64,000 bases of DNA from Euglena gracilis (taxonomy: Eukaryota). Positions 12,201 through 23,873 of the stretch are shown piece after piece (within the stretch, counting starts at the first letter, position 1; each line of letters opens with the position of its first letter). Position numbers and translations under genes: made by a program. A model generated the notes under the pieces. That model was not told where the DNA came from. It saw nothing but the letters and a program-made list of their open reading frames with translations, and searched no databases. The DNA lies in assembly GCA_039621445.1 (NCBI GenBank), contig CP154954.1, positions 28,175,037 through 28,239,036 on the forward strand, given 5' to 3'.

Positions 12201-12263
12201 TACACCCTGAGTCAGGGTAAAGAGTGGTTCGAGCAATTGGAAGTGCCACCATTTGCTGCGTGA
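3208..12263 (+). CDS. Enhancer-of-polycomb-like (EPL1-domain; EPC/BRPF/JADE family) histone acetyltransferase scaffold, multi-exon, copy 1
   Basis: Hand-spliced exons 3208-3402, 3674-3747, 4209-4268, 5942-6062, 6357-6457 read ...KRIPTPKFSVVEVPLVQKEEWQQPSTYIRYLEDDNNEEVNYDVDALDRRWLNIYNENVPKANALTLEMLEAAFDRLEK...LQQLSDMYFWWRKR...GKPLLPRFE, matching the EPL1 pattern (YIRY..E...YD.D..D..WL...E...DRLEK...YW..KR...KPL.P). Exon ~9349-9492 LEVEVLNVLRLIKRREQIKKEYFRVQFRIWDLL matches the 'LI.KREK.K.E' helix. The start and the 3' exons (~9870-9968, 10176-10326, ~11150-11310, ~12080-12263) are tentative. Confidence 0.8.
3403..3673 (+). other. Non-conventional (non GT-AG) intron
   Basis: ATC-CAGGCAA...TTGCCTG-CTGCC; removal gives GAA TGG C|AA CAG CCC (EWQQPSTYIRY). 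Confidence 0.8.
3748..4208 (+). other. Non-conventional intron
   Basis: ACT-CAGACCT...AGGTCTG-TTCTC; removal gives DVDAL|DRRWL and skips an in-frame TGA. Confidence 0.85.
4269..5941 (+). other. Non-conventional intron with CAT...ATG ends, containing nested elements
   Basis: ATC-CATGATGCAGC...GCTGCGCCATG-GCTGG; removal gives NALTL|EMLEAAFDRLEK. Confidence 0.7.
4817..5258. mobile_element. hAT-like MITE (copy 2: 25489-25937)
   Basis: Perfect 8-bp TSD GTTCCGAT (4809-4816, 5259-5266); imperfect TIRs CAGGCATTTGCTTAAGG / CCTTTAACAAAAGACTG; same family as 43531-43970. Confidence 0.9.
6063..6356 (+). other. Non-conventional intron
   Basis: CGC-CAGGCCTTG..TCTGTGCA pairs with TGCACAGA..CAAGGGCTG-TCGCC; removal gives QPS-L-QQLSDMYFWW in frame. 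Confidence 0.65.
7822..8823. mobile_element. hAT-like MITE hosting a nested MITE
   Basis: TSD GTTCAGAA / GTTCGGAA (7/8); TIRs CAGGCTGTATTTTA / TAAAAAAAACAGCCTG; same family as 43251-43522. Confidence 0.85.
8112..8569. mobile_element. hAT-like MITE with CAT...ATG ends, nested in 7822-8823
   Basis: TSD TTCCCTAC / GTCCCTAC (7/8); TIRs CATACATCTCTTTAAGG / CCTTAGAGAGATGCATG (15/17). Confidence 0.85.
10013..10170. mobile_element. Short hAT-like MITE at an intron 3' end
   Basis: ACTGGCAC-CAGGAGTTTTTTTTTAAG...TTAAAAAAAAACCCTG-ACTGGCGT (TSD 6/8); termini resemble 51357-51611. Confidence 0.65.
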
Positions 12264-13209
12264 TGGTTGCACTCCGGTTTGATTCTGAAGGACGATGCAT
12301 GATGTTATATCGCCAGTTGGCACCGTGCTCTCCAACTCGAGTTCTGAAATGTGCCAGTCTCTGCCTGCGCCAATATTGTTCCACATGGCTGCCATACAAT
12401 ATGTTGCACAATACGTACTTGTTGCATATTGTTCCTCGGGGGGGGGGTCTGCAAGCAGGGCTAGCCAGTGGAAAAATTTTTTCTGTGACTGGCGCAAAGC
12501 GCCAAAAACTTTTTCAGGCCTCCAAAACTGGTTCAAGTTTTCTCCATTTGGGATTTTTTTTGGAACAAAATCAGCCAAAAAAAATTCATGAAAAACCCTC
12601 ATTTCCACCTTGGCGCACAGCACCGGAGGAATTTTCCAGTCGGGTCCCCTGGACCTCACTGCTCAATGAACCCCCCTTGCCCAATGAACAGGGGGTGTAC
12701 AAAATCGTGCCCCCGGAATTCCAGTAACAAGATTTTTGAGAAACAACTCATTCAAATGAAAAAAGTGTCCGGGAAGATGACTTTAAAAGTGATGGGTATT
12801 CCCCCCCCCCAAGCCCAATGAGCACGAAGGGGTTGAAGGGGGTGTTCATTGGGTATGGGACATTCTCTGTGTCGATGGGTCTTTGGTGACAATCTAGACA
12901 TTTGGTGGTGTATGCCAAATGGTCTTTTTGAGGGTTTTCCTCGGTTTTTGGTGTTGCCAAATGCATTTCTTTGGAAGCCTGTTTTGTGGTTCTCTTATCC
13001 CTTCACCATCGCCTTGGGCCCAGGCCAGATTGGAAGGGCGAAAATTAAAAATTCAAAAACGCATTGTTTGTCATGTTTTTTGGTGGTTTGGTGATTGGCC
13101 CAGGCATGCCAGAAGAAAATGGTTTTGATTCCCACCGTCATGTTTTTTTTTTGCCAAAACATGGCACTTTCTTCAGCCATTTTTTCTGTGTATTTTGCAT
13201 TAAATGGAC

Positions 13210-13687
13210 CAGGCTTGTGCTCAGTCAGGTGCCTGCCCCACGGGGGGGGGGTGCTAGGGGCAGGCACCCTATAGGACCCATCCGAACCCCCTCCCCAGGG
13301 GGGGTACGGTTTTCAGGGGTGCCTGCCCATATCAGGCACCCCCCCCTCCAACCCTGGCGCCGGGGGCCCAGAAAAGGCCATTTTCAATGAAAATTTTCTG
13401 GCCCCCCCAAAAATGCACAAACAATTTCAAAAAAAATGAGCATTTTGGATCGACCGATTTCGACCCTATTTCCAGCCCTTTGCCCGTCCATGAAATCGAA
13501 AAATTTTCGCCCCCCCCCCCTGTTTCGAGGTAGAAGGGGAGGGTCCAACCCACCCCCCCCCTCCGTGTTGTCCATGTTGGGAGGGGGGGTCCAACCCCCC
13601 CCCCTCCTCAAGGCTTCCCATCCATCCCTGGGCACCCCATAGCACCCACCCACCCACCTCCCCCCCCGGTCGGTAAGCACAAGCATG
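13210..13687. mobile_element. Older MITE just upstream of the Misato acceptor
   Basis: TIRs CAGGCTTGTGCTCA / TAAGCACAAGCATG (12/14); flanks share only GGAC; a related body recurs at ~13960-14535. Confidence 0.6.
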
Positions 13688-13700
13688 GCCGGGACAGGGA

Positions 13701-13738
13701 TTTTTTTCCCGTCTCCCCTTCCCCCGCAGAGGATGCAG
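13701..13738 (+). promoter_or_regulatory. Polypyrimidine tract + AG just before the Misato ATG (putative spliced-leader trans-splice acceptor)
   Basis: tttttttcccgtctccccttcccccgcAG at 13701-13729 and a second AG at 13737-13738, directly before ATG 13740; it could also be a cis 5'UTR acceptor. Confidence 0.5.
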
Positions 13739-13739
13739 C

Positions 13740-16700
13740 ATGGCCGGCGAGGTGGTGAGCTGTTTCCTGGGGCCCCTCTCCACACTGGTGGCAGCCCACT
13801 TCTGGGACGCCACCACCCAGGCAGACATCGACAGCGATGTCTTGTACCAGGGACCGCCGGGCCGCCGCACCCCCCGCACCCTGCTGGTGGACTTCAAGGA
13901 GGCCGTAACCAGGGCTTCCTTTCATCGTGCCCCCCCCCCCCCTGGACTAAACAGAATCCTGTGGGGGGCTAGGGGCAGACACCCCATAGCACCAATCCGA
14001 CCGGGGGATGGGGTTCAGGGTTTGATATAAGGAAGGTGTACATGGTTTAGGTGGGGGGGTGTCCCCCCTCCCCCCCCCCCTCCTGGCCCGAGGGGGGGGG
14101 CCACCCCCCCCCCCCCCCACCTGCCAGGGGGTCCGGACCGACCCTTGGGGGGGGGGGGGGGTTCCCGGGACCCCCCCCAAAAGGGTCAATTTTTTCCTCT
14201 GGCGCTTTGCGCCGAAAATTTTTTGCATTTTTGGCAAATTTTTGCCCAAAAAGTGCCCAGAATGGCACTTTTGGTCGTTTTGGGTGGGCAAAAATTTTCG
14301 GTCACCCGGACCGCGCCACTGTTTAGGTGGGCTTTTCTCTCCCCCTCCCCCCCTCCTGGCCCGCCCACCTGTCCTTATATCAAACCCTGATGGGGTTTTT
14401 GGAGGTGCCTGCCCATCCCGCCGAACCGGCGCTGGGGGCCCGGAAAAGGCTATTTTCAATGAAAATTTTCTGGGTCCCCCCCCGGGGGGGTGCCTGCTAG
14501 GGGTAGGCACCCTCCCCCCCCGGTCAGTAAGCATAGGTGGGCTCCGTACTGCGCCGGCTGTTGGTGTCAATCTGCTCCCTCTGTCATGGCCAGGATTGCT
14601 CTGAGAAAGGATGCCCATTGCCATCTGTGGAGTATGAATGGCGGCTGGGCGAGCAACTGGAAGGACTGGATTTGAACTCCATGGCGCCCAAGTGGATACC
14701 TCCTGTCCCGATGGCACTGGATGAAGAAGGAGAGGGACCAGATGAGCCTGTTCGCTACCGAGAGTACAGCGATGACCCTGGGGTGTGCCCCCCCGAATGA
14801 CCAGACTGGCAGACTGATAGATTTCCCCATCAGACAATTGCTTAAGCACTGTCCCACCCCCCCCCCCCCCGGGGGGGGGGGGGGCTGGTTTTTTCAGAGT
14901 GACTGACTGGTTTTGGGCCTGGACCCCCTCCCTCCCCCCCCCCCTGGGGGGGGGTCGGCCAGGAGTGGGCAAAAAGTGGCTTGAGTGACCCGGCGCCGAA
15001 GGTGCCGGAAAAATTTTTTTGGCCTAAAATGGCCTAAAGTGACTGGAAAGTGGCCGTTTTTCTGAGTGGCCGACCCCCCCCTCGGGGGGGGGGGGGTAGT
15101 GACTGGCTGGTTTTTTGAAAATGAGTGACTGACTGGTTTTTAAAAAAGTGGAGTGACCCCCCCCCCCCGGGGGGGGCGGTAAGCAATTGTATGTTCCCCA
15201 TCCACTGAGCTTTTCCCTTGAGCTCCTCCCCTTGAGGACTGCCCTTAGGCCTGAGGGCCAACCATTGGGTTTTCGAAGTTGAACAGGGTCGAAAATTAAA
15301 GGTTGAAAATCGCATTTTTTTGACGTTTTGGTTGATGGATGATGACCCAAGGATGCCATTTTCTTCACCACGCCTTCCCGTACAGCCTCCCCCCCCCCCG
15401 CAGTATTTACTCAGACCTTTTTTTTTAACCAAAGCAATTCTTTTTTGTTCCTCACAGCAAGAGAGTCAGAAGAAGAGACGGGTGGATTCTGGCGAGCAGG
15501 AGGCCAATGTCGCCCAGGGGTTGAATGGCAATTATTCACACTGGATGTTCGCTCCCCTGTGCTTGTTTGCAGTTTTAACCTTGACACAGGGATTCTCTGA
15601 GTTGGGTTTGAAGCGGCAAAGCAATCCTGCACCAATCCAAAAGGCGGATATGGAGGTTTGCGTCACAGCCAACCTCTGGGTTTGATTTGTTTTTTCCTCT
15701 TCTTCCATCTGTGACAAATTTGTACAGGTTTGCCCAGCTTGAGATCAACCCCTGTTTTGCGATGCGGAGCAAGCAGACGGTTTGGAGGAGTTGCAACCGA
15801 AACGAGCTTCCAAGGCAGCGCCACTGGGCTGGCAACTAGTGCCTGGCATCATTCTGTATCTGGTGCTTTGCAAACTTGTGGGGTATCTTTGATTTTGCCG
15901 GTGGTTGACCACTGTTTTAACCATAGATCCATTTAACACCGGTGTGACCCCCCCCCCCGGGGGGTTTCGAGAGTGGGTGGGTGGGTTGGGGCCACACCAT
16001 GGCTCAAGGTGTGTCCGATCCCGTGTAGCCACCCGGCGCCAAAGGCACTAGAAATTTTTTCGGATTTTGAATAATTCTTTTAATTTTTGCCATTTTTGGC
16101 GAGCCACCCCCCCCCCCCCCCCAGGCACGAGGCGGAAGTTGAGGGGCACCTCAGTGGAGACACCCTCTTGACCCAACCCCCCCGGGGCAGCCCACCCTGG
16201 GTCACCAATTATTTTAAAAAACATAAAATTTTGGAAAACAACATTGTAACACAAATAATTAATAACACAATCACAGACCAATCCTCGCATAACCCTCTGG
16301 GACATTTTGATGAGTATATTTAAATCAAAATGGGCACCATGAGGGAGTTTGAAGAATCGTATGGTCTTGAAACTGCATCAAAAACCCACATTTGGAACCC
16401 TTTATGGCATTTGCTTTTTGCCAGATTTTTTCAGCACGCAGGGAGAGCAAGGGGAGCCTGGGATCGACAGCTTCCGCACCGGGTGCTTTCTTTAAAGACT
16501 CCTCCAGAGGACGGTTGGTTATTTGGCCGGGCACTCAGAGCAGTATATTGTGCCGGAGCTTCACCCTGACAGCCTGCAGCTGGTTTCCGAAGGAGCAGCC
16601 CGCCACTCCACAGGTTCACCCCCCCTGGAAACTGTCCTATTTGTCCCTTTTGCACCTGCTGGGGGGACCAGGCCGTCGCAAAACATTTTTTCCAGGAGAG

Positions 16701-19568
16701 GGAAGGAGACAGAGCAGCTTTTTTGCAGCGCCCCAAACCCGACCTCCCCGACCCCCCCCCCCCGCCTTGTCCAACGACCACCCCTCGGTCAGTAGCAATC
16801 TTTTTCCAGGTGATCTTTTTTTTCCAGATTTGCGTTTTGACCCCGGTCTTGTCAAACGACCACCCCCTGGTCAGTGGCGATATTTGGCCAAATAGCGCCC
16901 CCCCCCCCCCCCGGACAGCAACGATATTTAGCGGTATAAGGGGAGGGAGGTAATTTGGGAAGGGGGCTGTGAACCACCCCCAAAACCACCATTTTTTTGG
17001 TGGGACCCAGGTTTCTTGTACAGTTGTACAGGGTCCCTGTATTTTTTCCCCTAAAGGGATTGGCATCGAAGACCGTCATCAACCAAAGGGCCGATTGAAT
17101 AAAAGGCCAGTCCAATCCCAGAGGGCTCAAAGGTCGAAACGCAAGTGCAGTACTCTGGGGGTTTTGTGTCATGGAAACACATGAGGGGGGAAATTCGGCA
17201 TTTCTTGGAGAAGACAAGATGATCCCCCTAAAGCATCTCTTATCCACCCCAAGTGGGGGTTCTTGGGTGGAGTGAAGATTCAGCAATTGTGCAGCCACCG
17301 TACACTCCAAAGAGGAAGTTGTGTCCCCCCCCCCCTGCAGGTCTGGGGCTGTACAACATGTTCCCGATGGGTGCGGATGCGCAAACCTTTGCCATCGATA
17401 CTTTTGCGGAGCCCATCCGCCGCTTTGTGGAAGGCTGCGATGCCTTGCAGGGCTACCACATGACCTGCGATGCGCTGGGTGCGTTCGGGGGCCTGACGCA
17501 CCGGTTGGTGGAGACCCAGCAGGCTTTCCGCTGCAGTCACCCAATTCCACCACTGGGTGCAACATGTGCTGCCATTTGGAGTTTGTATTGCGCCCTCATT
17601 GGTTTGTCAACCCACCCCTCCCAGTCGCCAACTACGCCTGCCAGCCACGGTGCCAATTTATCTCTCGTCCAGGCTCTGATCATCCAAGGGCAGGCAGGCT
17701 TGGTTTGCAGGAAAGGCATGCTGACTGCACCATAAAGGACGACCTCGGCAACCGGCCAGTCTTCCTCCAGGCGGTGAATCAACCTGAACGTTCCCCGTCG
17801 GCCCATCAGACACTACACCACACTCTTCATCTGCTCAATTTTGGCTTCAGCACTGCCGATTTGGTGTGCTGTGCAAGTCCAAAAACGCTCTTCATGCATT
17901 CCTCTCCCCAGACGACTGAAAGAAAGGGGCTAAAGGGGAGCCGCAAGGCAGGGGGGGGGAACGCGGAGCGCATATTTTGCGCATATTCTACATATTCTAC
18001 ATATTTACCCCCCCCCTAGTCGTACGACCACCCCTCATTTATGACCACCCCCCGGTCACAGGTTGCAGGTCATGGGGGTGTTATGACCACCCACCCTCTC
18101 CCGGTCACAGGTTGCAGGTTGCGAAAAATATAACCCCCCAAAAAAGTCCCCCCCCTGGCCGGTTCGAGCAAAAATCCATGAAATGGACCCCCCCCAATGT
18201 GGCCCCCCGTGCCGGCGCGAAGCGCCGGATTTTTGAAAAATGGGACATTTTGGGGGGGGTAAATCTGCCATTTTGGGACAGTTTTCACACACTTCTACGA
18301 CCGCCCCCTCATCTATGACCACCCCCCGGTCACAGGTTGCAGGTTATGGGGGTGTTATGACCACCCCCCCCCCCCCGGTCACAGGTTGCAGGAACCCGGT
18401 CATACGACTAGGGGGGGGGTAGTGCATATTTCGTTTTTTGACCCCAAAAATCACATGTTTTGTGAATTTTTCGCATATTTTCCGAGGGTTTTCCCGCTGC
18501 ATATTTGCCCATTCCCGCATATTTTCGGCGGCTTTTTGGTCCATTTTTGACTTCTTTCCAACCATTTTAGGCCATTTGTTTTCCTTTTCGGCCCTTTTTT
18601 TGCCAGTTTTGGCCCATTTGCATTTTGGGCTACTCTGAGCCACATTGGGCCATTTTTGCGTCGTTTTGGACCAATGTTTGCTTTTTTTGGGCATTTTCTT
18701 TGGCGATTGTTGGCCGTTTCATTTTGGCAAATCAGCTGTTTCTTTTTTGGCATTTGGTAGGACTTTCTCAAGGTGCACCCTCTCTTCACAGAGTGCAGCC
18801 GGGGACGTATACGTTCCCCTCAACATTGCCGACTGGATGATTCCCACCGACCCAGCCCCTTTCCCGTTGCTGCTTTTCGACCTCAAGGCCGATGCCGTGG
18901 CCCAAACAGCAGTGTGCATGCACCCCTCAGTTGTTTTGGAAATTTTTGCTTTTGAAGATGCTGAAATGAATGAGGCCAGGGAAACAAACTTTCACAGTGC
19001 TTTATGACACCCCTGTAAAAGGGCTGGATGGCTGGACTCCCCAGACTTTTGCTTGAAGGGGGGGTTCACTGGATAGGGATTTCCACCGTTGGAAATGGGA
19101 TCCCCCCAACGGGAAGGTATTGTGGGGGAAGGCCGCGTGGGGAGGTGGTTTTCACGTGGGACCCCCCCCCCCCTCAGGTGATTGCTGCCGCCCTGGACAC
19201 GTACCTCCTCCCGACCCGTTCCGCCGGGGCCACCGCCTACCCGTTGGGCAATCTGTGCCGGGCGCTGCGGACCTACAACTCCATGCGGGTGTCCTCGATG
19301 TTCTGCGCGGTGCCCTTCCCGGCCAGGGCCTTGCTGCCACCTGCATTCTTGGGCCATCTGCACGCCCCGGCCCGCACGCACGGCCCTTGCGGTGGTCTTC
19401 CCCGACAACGCCTCCCTGGCGGCCGCCCTTCGGGCCACGCCGTTGTACAGCCCAGCGTTCCTCCCCCTGTCGCATGCGCTGGCGGCGGGCGGTGCCCCGC
19501 AGGCGGTGGGCCAGGCCATCGTGGTGCGTGGGCTGCAGCAGCTGCCATTGAACCCACCGGAGCCGAAG
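13740..19568 (+). CDS. MSTO1: Misato/DML1 tubulin-like protein, 5' part (copy 1, cut off by the scaffold gap)
   Basis: Exon 13740-~13905 MAGEVVSCFLGPLSTLVAAHFWD...DVLYQ...TPRTLLVDFKEA resembles the Misato N-terminal segment; ~16540-16613 YIVPELHPDSL; 17341-17513 EPIRRFVEGCDALQGYHMTCDALGAFGG; 17729-17863; 18792-18911; 19178-19320 IAAALDTYLLPTR...VPFP; 19391-19568 ...GQAIVVRGL. Confidence 0.85.
14016..14389. mobile_element. Young hAT-like MITE nested in an older element (copy 2: 34692-35058)
   Basis: Perfect TSD ATGGGGTT (14008-14015, 14390-14397); perfect 18-bp TIR CAGGGTTTGATATAAGGA / TCCTTATATCAAACCCTG. Confidence 0.95.
14831..15193. mobile_element. hAT-like MITE, CAG...ATG family (copy 2: 35500-35864)
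   Basis: Perfect TSD TTCCCCAT; TIRs CAGACAATTGCTTA / TAAGCAATTGTATG (13/14); internal GTGACTGACTGGTTTT repeats. Confidence 0.9.
17514..17728 (+). other. Non-conventional intron in Misato (copy 2: 38187-38401)
   Basis: ACC-CAGCAGGCTTTCC...GGAAAGGCATGCTG-ACTGC; removal gives HRLVE|TIKDDLGNRPVF, matching the Misato 'E.L.DEY....I' segment. Confidence 0.85.
18008..18419. mobile_element. TA-flanked MITE (Tc1/mariner-like) with subterminal tandem repeats
   Basis: TA-C9TAGTCGTACGACC...GGTCATACGACTAG9-TA; repeated TATGACCAC(C)nGGTCACAGGTTGCAGG units near both ends. Confidence 0.8.
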
Positions 19569-19754
19569 GTGTGCACCACTGATTTTCAGGGTATCAGCAG
19601 GTAGGTCCGAAAGTGCCACCGCCACAATGTATGAGGACAAATATCTGACAGTTTGGCCCACAGCTCCATAAAGAGATTCACAGCCTCGATTGGATGACCC
19701 CGGCCGTTTCTAGACAAAAAATACCCCCCCCCTTCCCCCCGCCCCGAGTCCCAG

Positions 19755-19873
19755 GGAATTGGATTGTTTATGTGATGATTCCCTCACTGCACACCACTCT
19801 GAGCCCCCGCACTGGAATTGGATTGTTTATGTGATGATTCCCTCACTGCACACCACTCTGAGCCCCCACACTG
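19755..19873 (+). repeat. 59-bp tandem duplication
   Basis: GGAATTGGATTGTTTATGTGATGATTCCCTCACTGCACACCACTCTGAGCCCCC occurs twice; also in copy 2 near 40418-40535. Confidence 0.9.
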
Positions 19874-22800
19874 ATGCTTTGTCTCTTCTGCTTTGATATT
19901 TGAGTGGCCAACCGCCCTGCCCGGGGGGGCAGTGATTTCAGTAACCTCCCCTTGGGTATAAAGTTTTTATAAAGTTTGCAGGGGGGTTCCTTTCCCCAGC
20001 GTACGGGAATCATTGATTTCGAGTTTGGGTTGATGGAGGATGTTCCAGCGATGCCCGAAATCGTTTTTCCCCAGGATTGGCGTGTTTTTGCTGAGATATT
20101 GCAAAAGCATTTTTGTGAAGAATTTCGAAAATTTTCCAGAATGAATTTTTAAGGGTTTTCCAAGGACCTTCAAGGCACCCCCGACAGCTCCCCAAACCCC
20201 CCACACATGCAGCCTGGGTTTTTACCTTCTGCTTGGTTGTGTGTACCGTCAGCGGTCAAGTTGCTCATATTCCCTCATTTGGATTTCATTCCAAGAGGGG
20301 CCGCAAGCAGCTGAGATTTGTGCGTGATTGAATGCAATTGCAGAGACGCTTTTTTTTTTTCAGGCAAGAACCCTCTTTTGGATGAGTCGGTTGTGTGGTG
20401 CTGTGGTGGGTTGAGTGAGTCGAACCCACTCATCTGGCGTTGCCTGGTCCAGACACCCAACCACAGCCTTGGCCCATCCAGGCAAGCAGAGGTTGAGAAT
20501 TGAATGGTCCGAGGTTTTTTTTGGAAAAAATCCCTGCAGTGGTCAAAAGGACAACAAAATTGGGGATTGCGAGTTTCTGACAGAAGGCAGCTTGGAGGGG
20601 AGGATTAACCATTTTGATATTGATCCGGAGCTTTGCAATGACACCCATCGGCTCGATTGGATGACCCCCACAAGTGTGCCACTCTGCGCTGGCAGCANNN
20701 NNNNNNNNNNCCAAAAGTTTGCCACCCAGACCAAAAATCGGTCACCCAGACCTCCCCCCCCAGCTGCCCTTATATCGAAGCTTCCAGGGGTCTTTAAAAA
20801 ACACCTGGATGCAAAAGGTTCCCTTTTTGTTTTTTTTTGATTCTTCAGGTTAAACAATACTGTTGACATGGCTCCAACCAAGTCGACAATGCTGTGGATG
20901 CTTTTTTTGATTTTGTGTTGAGAAGAGCTGAAGACCAAGGGTATCTAGGAATATTTTTTTCATGTATCTTTTGGTTATGTTTTATGCTTTCCCCTTTTTT
21001 CATGCAACAAAAGTGTGCTTATATGTGTGATTTTTGTATTTTTTTCAATGGGGGCATAATGGGCCAAGGTGAGAGAAATGTATGAAGAAGGGGTTTCTGG
21101 CATTGTTTGAGAATTGACGTGGTGAAGTTGTCAGATGTGAGAGGATTTGGACCAGTTCGTGTTGTGGAAAATTTTTTTCAAAAAATTTACAGTTCATATG
21201 GCGTTGTTTTGACCCCCCTGACAATTCATTACTGACTCACATTTCAACCAATATGTCAACTTTCCATGATGGTAAAGTGACTGGGAACAGGTGAAAATCC
21301 AATTTGCGTTGGAAGGGTGGATACCGGCGTTGGTGCATGTGGTGAAAAATCGGCCCTGGGGAAAAGAGTAATTTACAAAAAAGGAAATCAAAAATGCAAA
21401 AAAATTGTTTTTGCATACTCAAATTGCTGAATTTCATTGCAATCTGGTGGGGGCTCACCCTGTAGTACAACGGCTGACCCCATATCTCCTCTTGAGTGGT
21501 CGCATTTTGAATCCTAACACTTCCAACCAACTTGCTTTCTTGCCCTCTTGCAGATTTGAAAAGTGAGCCCCTCAGAAAGATATTGGAGCCAAGAAAAGGG
21601 GCCACTGCACCCTCTGCAGTGCAGAGGATTTCTTATCATTCGTCACAAGCAAATGAAAATGGAAACGCCGCGACGATTTTCTCTGCTGGACACCAAACCT
21701 TCGGCCGCCAAACCCATATGCGAGAAATGTGCTGGCAGAAGAGCCGGAAACGGGAAAGGGGACGTAATGGCGTTCCTTGCATTTACTCCGGACTAATCCT
21801 GCTTCCAGAACACCAGAGCTAATCAATGGAAACGAATTTTCGCTTGTGGCTTTGTTGAGGATTCCCCTTGTGCTTTTGATGGGCTCCAGCTGTTTTGCTT
21901 TTTTCCCCTTTTCGTTGAAGTTGAACAAATTTATTTATCGTTGATGTTGCTTTTGGCAAAAGGGCTTGCATTGTTCCCAAAGTTCACAAATTTACAAATT
22001 GTGTTGCATCTCAAATGGCAACGTTATTTTATTGTTTCCCCGAAAAGAGTGCACTAAGTGAACGCAGAGGATTTTCCAAAAGAAAGTTTGACCAAATGCA
22101 GCCGGGATGTTGGACGCAAAGATGGAAAAGCATTTGGGGTGGATCTGTTTCTTGTCCCTGTCGTTTCAGTGTCATCGTTTGGGTGCTTGGCTATCACACT
22201 GACCCCACCGACTTTGAATTGTTTGCTTCCTTTGTCTTTTGCCTGCTGACGATGCTATTTGTTCCTCTGAATCTACAAAAATTTTGCAGAAAGGTTTCAA
22301 GTTGATATTGAAGTGTAGTCTGGTGCAAGTTTTTAGAAGTAGTTGGGTTTGTTTGTATCCCACATGCATGTGGTTGCTGATACAACCGATAAATTTTGAG
22401 GATTTTTTAGATGGATTTTTTGTTGGTTGCACCAAAGACCAAAGACGGATATTCACAATCAACATCTGCGCTTGTGCTACAAGAAGGGATATTTTGGCAG
22501 TCTCTATCAAATAGCTTCTGGGTGGGAGTCAACTGGGCATTACCCTCTTGGCAACAACAATCAAAAACCAGGTTTTTATTTTAGCCCCCCCCCCCCCCGC
22601 CAGCTAGGTGTGGAGACCAATAAAATTTGTCTGGCGTTTTAAAAAACTTTTTGTTCCCAAGGCGGTCTGAGCATCAAATGGAGTCGAAAATAAATAATAT
22701 TTGCACAGACAATGATGCCAGGAAGCATTTTTTCACTGGAGTTGCTTTGTTTTCGCCGTGATTTTGTGACTCCATTTTGGCGCGTCATAGAATAATCTGC

Positions 22801-23873
22801 CAGAATGATTTTTTTTGTGTTTATCATTTTGTTTCACGGGTTTTTAAGGCGTTGAAAATGCCTGTGTTCCTGCTATTTCTTTGCATTCCCAAGACAAAGT
22901 GAGTCTTTGTGAAGTGTTGAAGACAAGGGAAGGCAGGGTGGTAAAGGGGGATTATTGCCCCCCCCCCAGCACCTGCCATGGGTCCAGATTGTAGATTCAC
23001 TTAACATCTGTGACCCCTCCCCTGGGGGGCAGGTGGGTTTTCGAGGTGGGTTGGGGCCATATCATTGCTTTACACCTGTCCCACCCCACCCCTGGGGGGT
23101 GATTGACCGGTTTTCCGACCAAGAACCACCCCACCCCGGAGGTAGCCCCGAAAATGGAAAAGTGGCTTACCTGGCGCCGGAAGTTTTTTGTAATTTTTTG
23201 AGACTTTTTGGCAATAGTGCCTTGACAACATGAGCGCATTCAAGAGCCCCCCCGACCCCCCCCCCCCTCCTGGCCCGCCAGGGGGGGGGGGGTCCGGACG
23301 CACCACACCCCCCCCACCTAGTCCGTATAATCGAACCCTGGCCATGGGTCCAAGGTTTGTAGATTGCACACCTTAAAAAAGCTGACTGGTTTTTTCAGAG
23401 GGGAAGTGACCCCCCCTCCCCCCCCCCCAGGGGGGGTCGCTAAGCAATGGTTGGGGCCCCGGGACTGCCGGGGGGGAGGTGCGCCATCCATGGGTCAGGG
23501 TTTTGCTCGGCCAAAGGCCAGGACGGAAAATTTTTTCAGCGTTTTCAGCCTATTTTGGCTGGATTTTGGGTGGGTGGTTGACCGGGGGGTTGTGGGGGGG
23601 GGGTTAAAAAACCTGGGTGGGCTGGGCCAGGGAAAAAGTCCCCATCCCCCCCCTGGTCACCGAGTGAATCTATGGTCCAGAAGGTGTACGTCCGCCATTT
23701 TGCACCCATTTTTTTTTTGCATTTTTCACCAAAAAATTGGGCACAAGTTGGGTGGGGGGGCAGAAAACATGTTGAAATCCTCATTTCCACCTCCCATTGA
23801 ACAACTGACGCATTGAGAGAGAGTTTTTTGCTTGTTTTCCTTTGTCACTGCTTATCTTTTCCCTGTTTTGTAG

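Noticed and set aside
13947-14972. 341-aa - strand ORF and many similar G/P/K/F-rich ORFs across the window
   Set aside because: They are translations of homopolymer-rich MITEs; frames differ between the two copies and no domains are recognisable.
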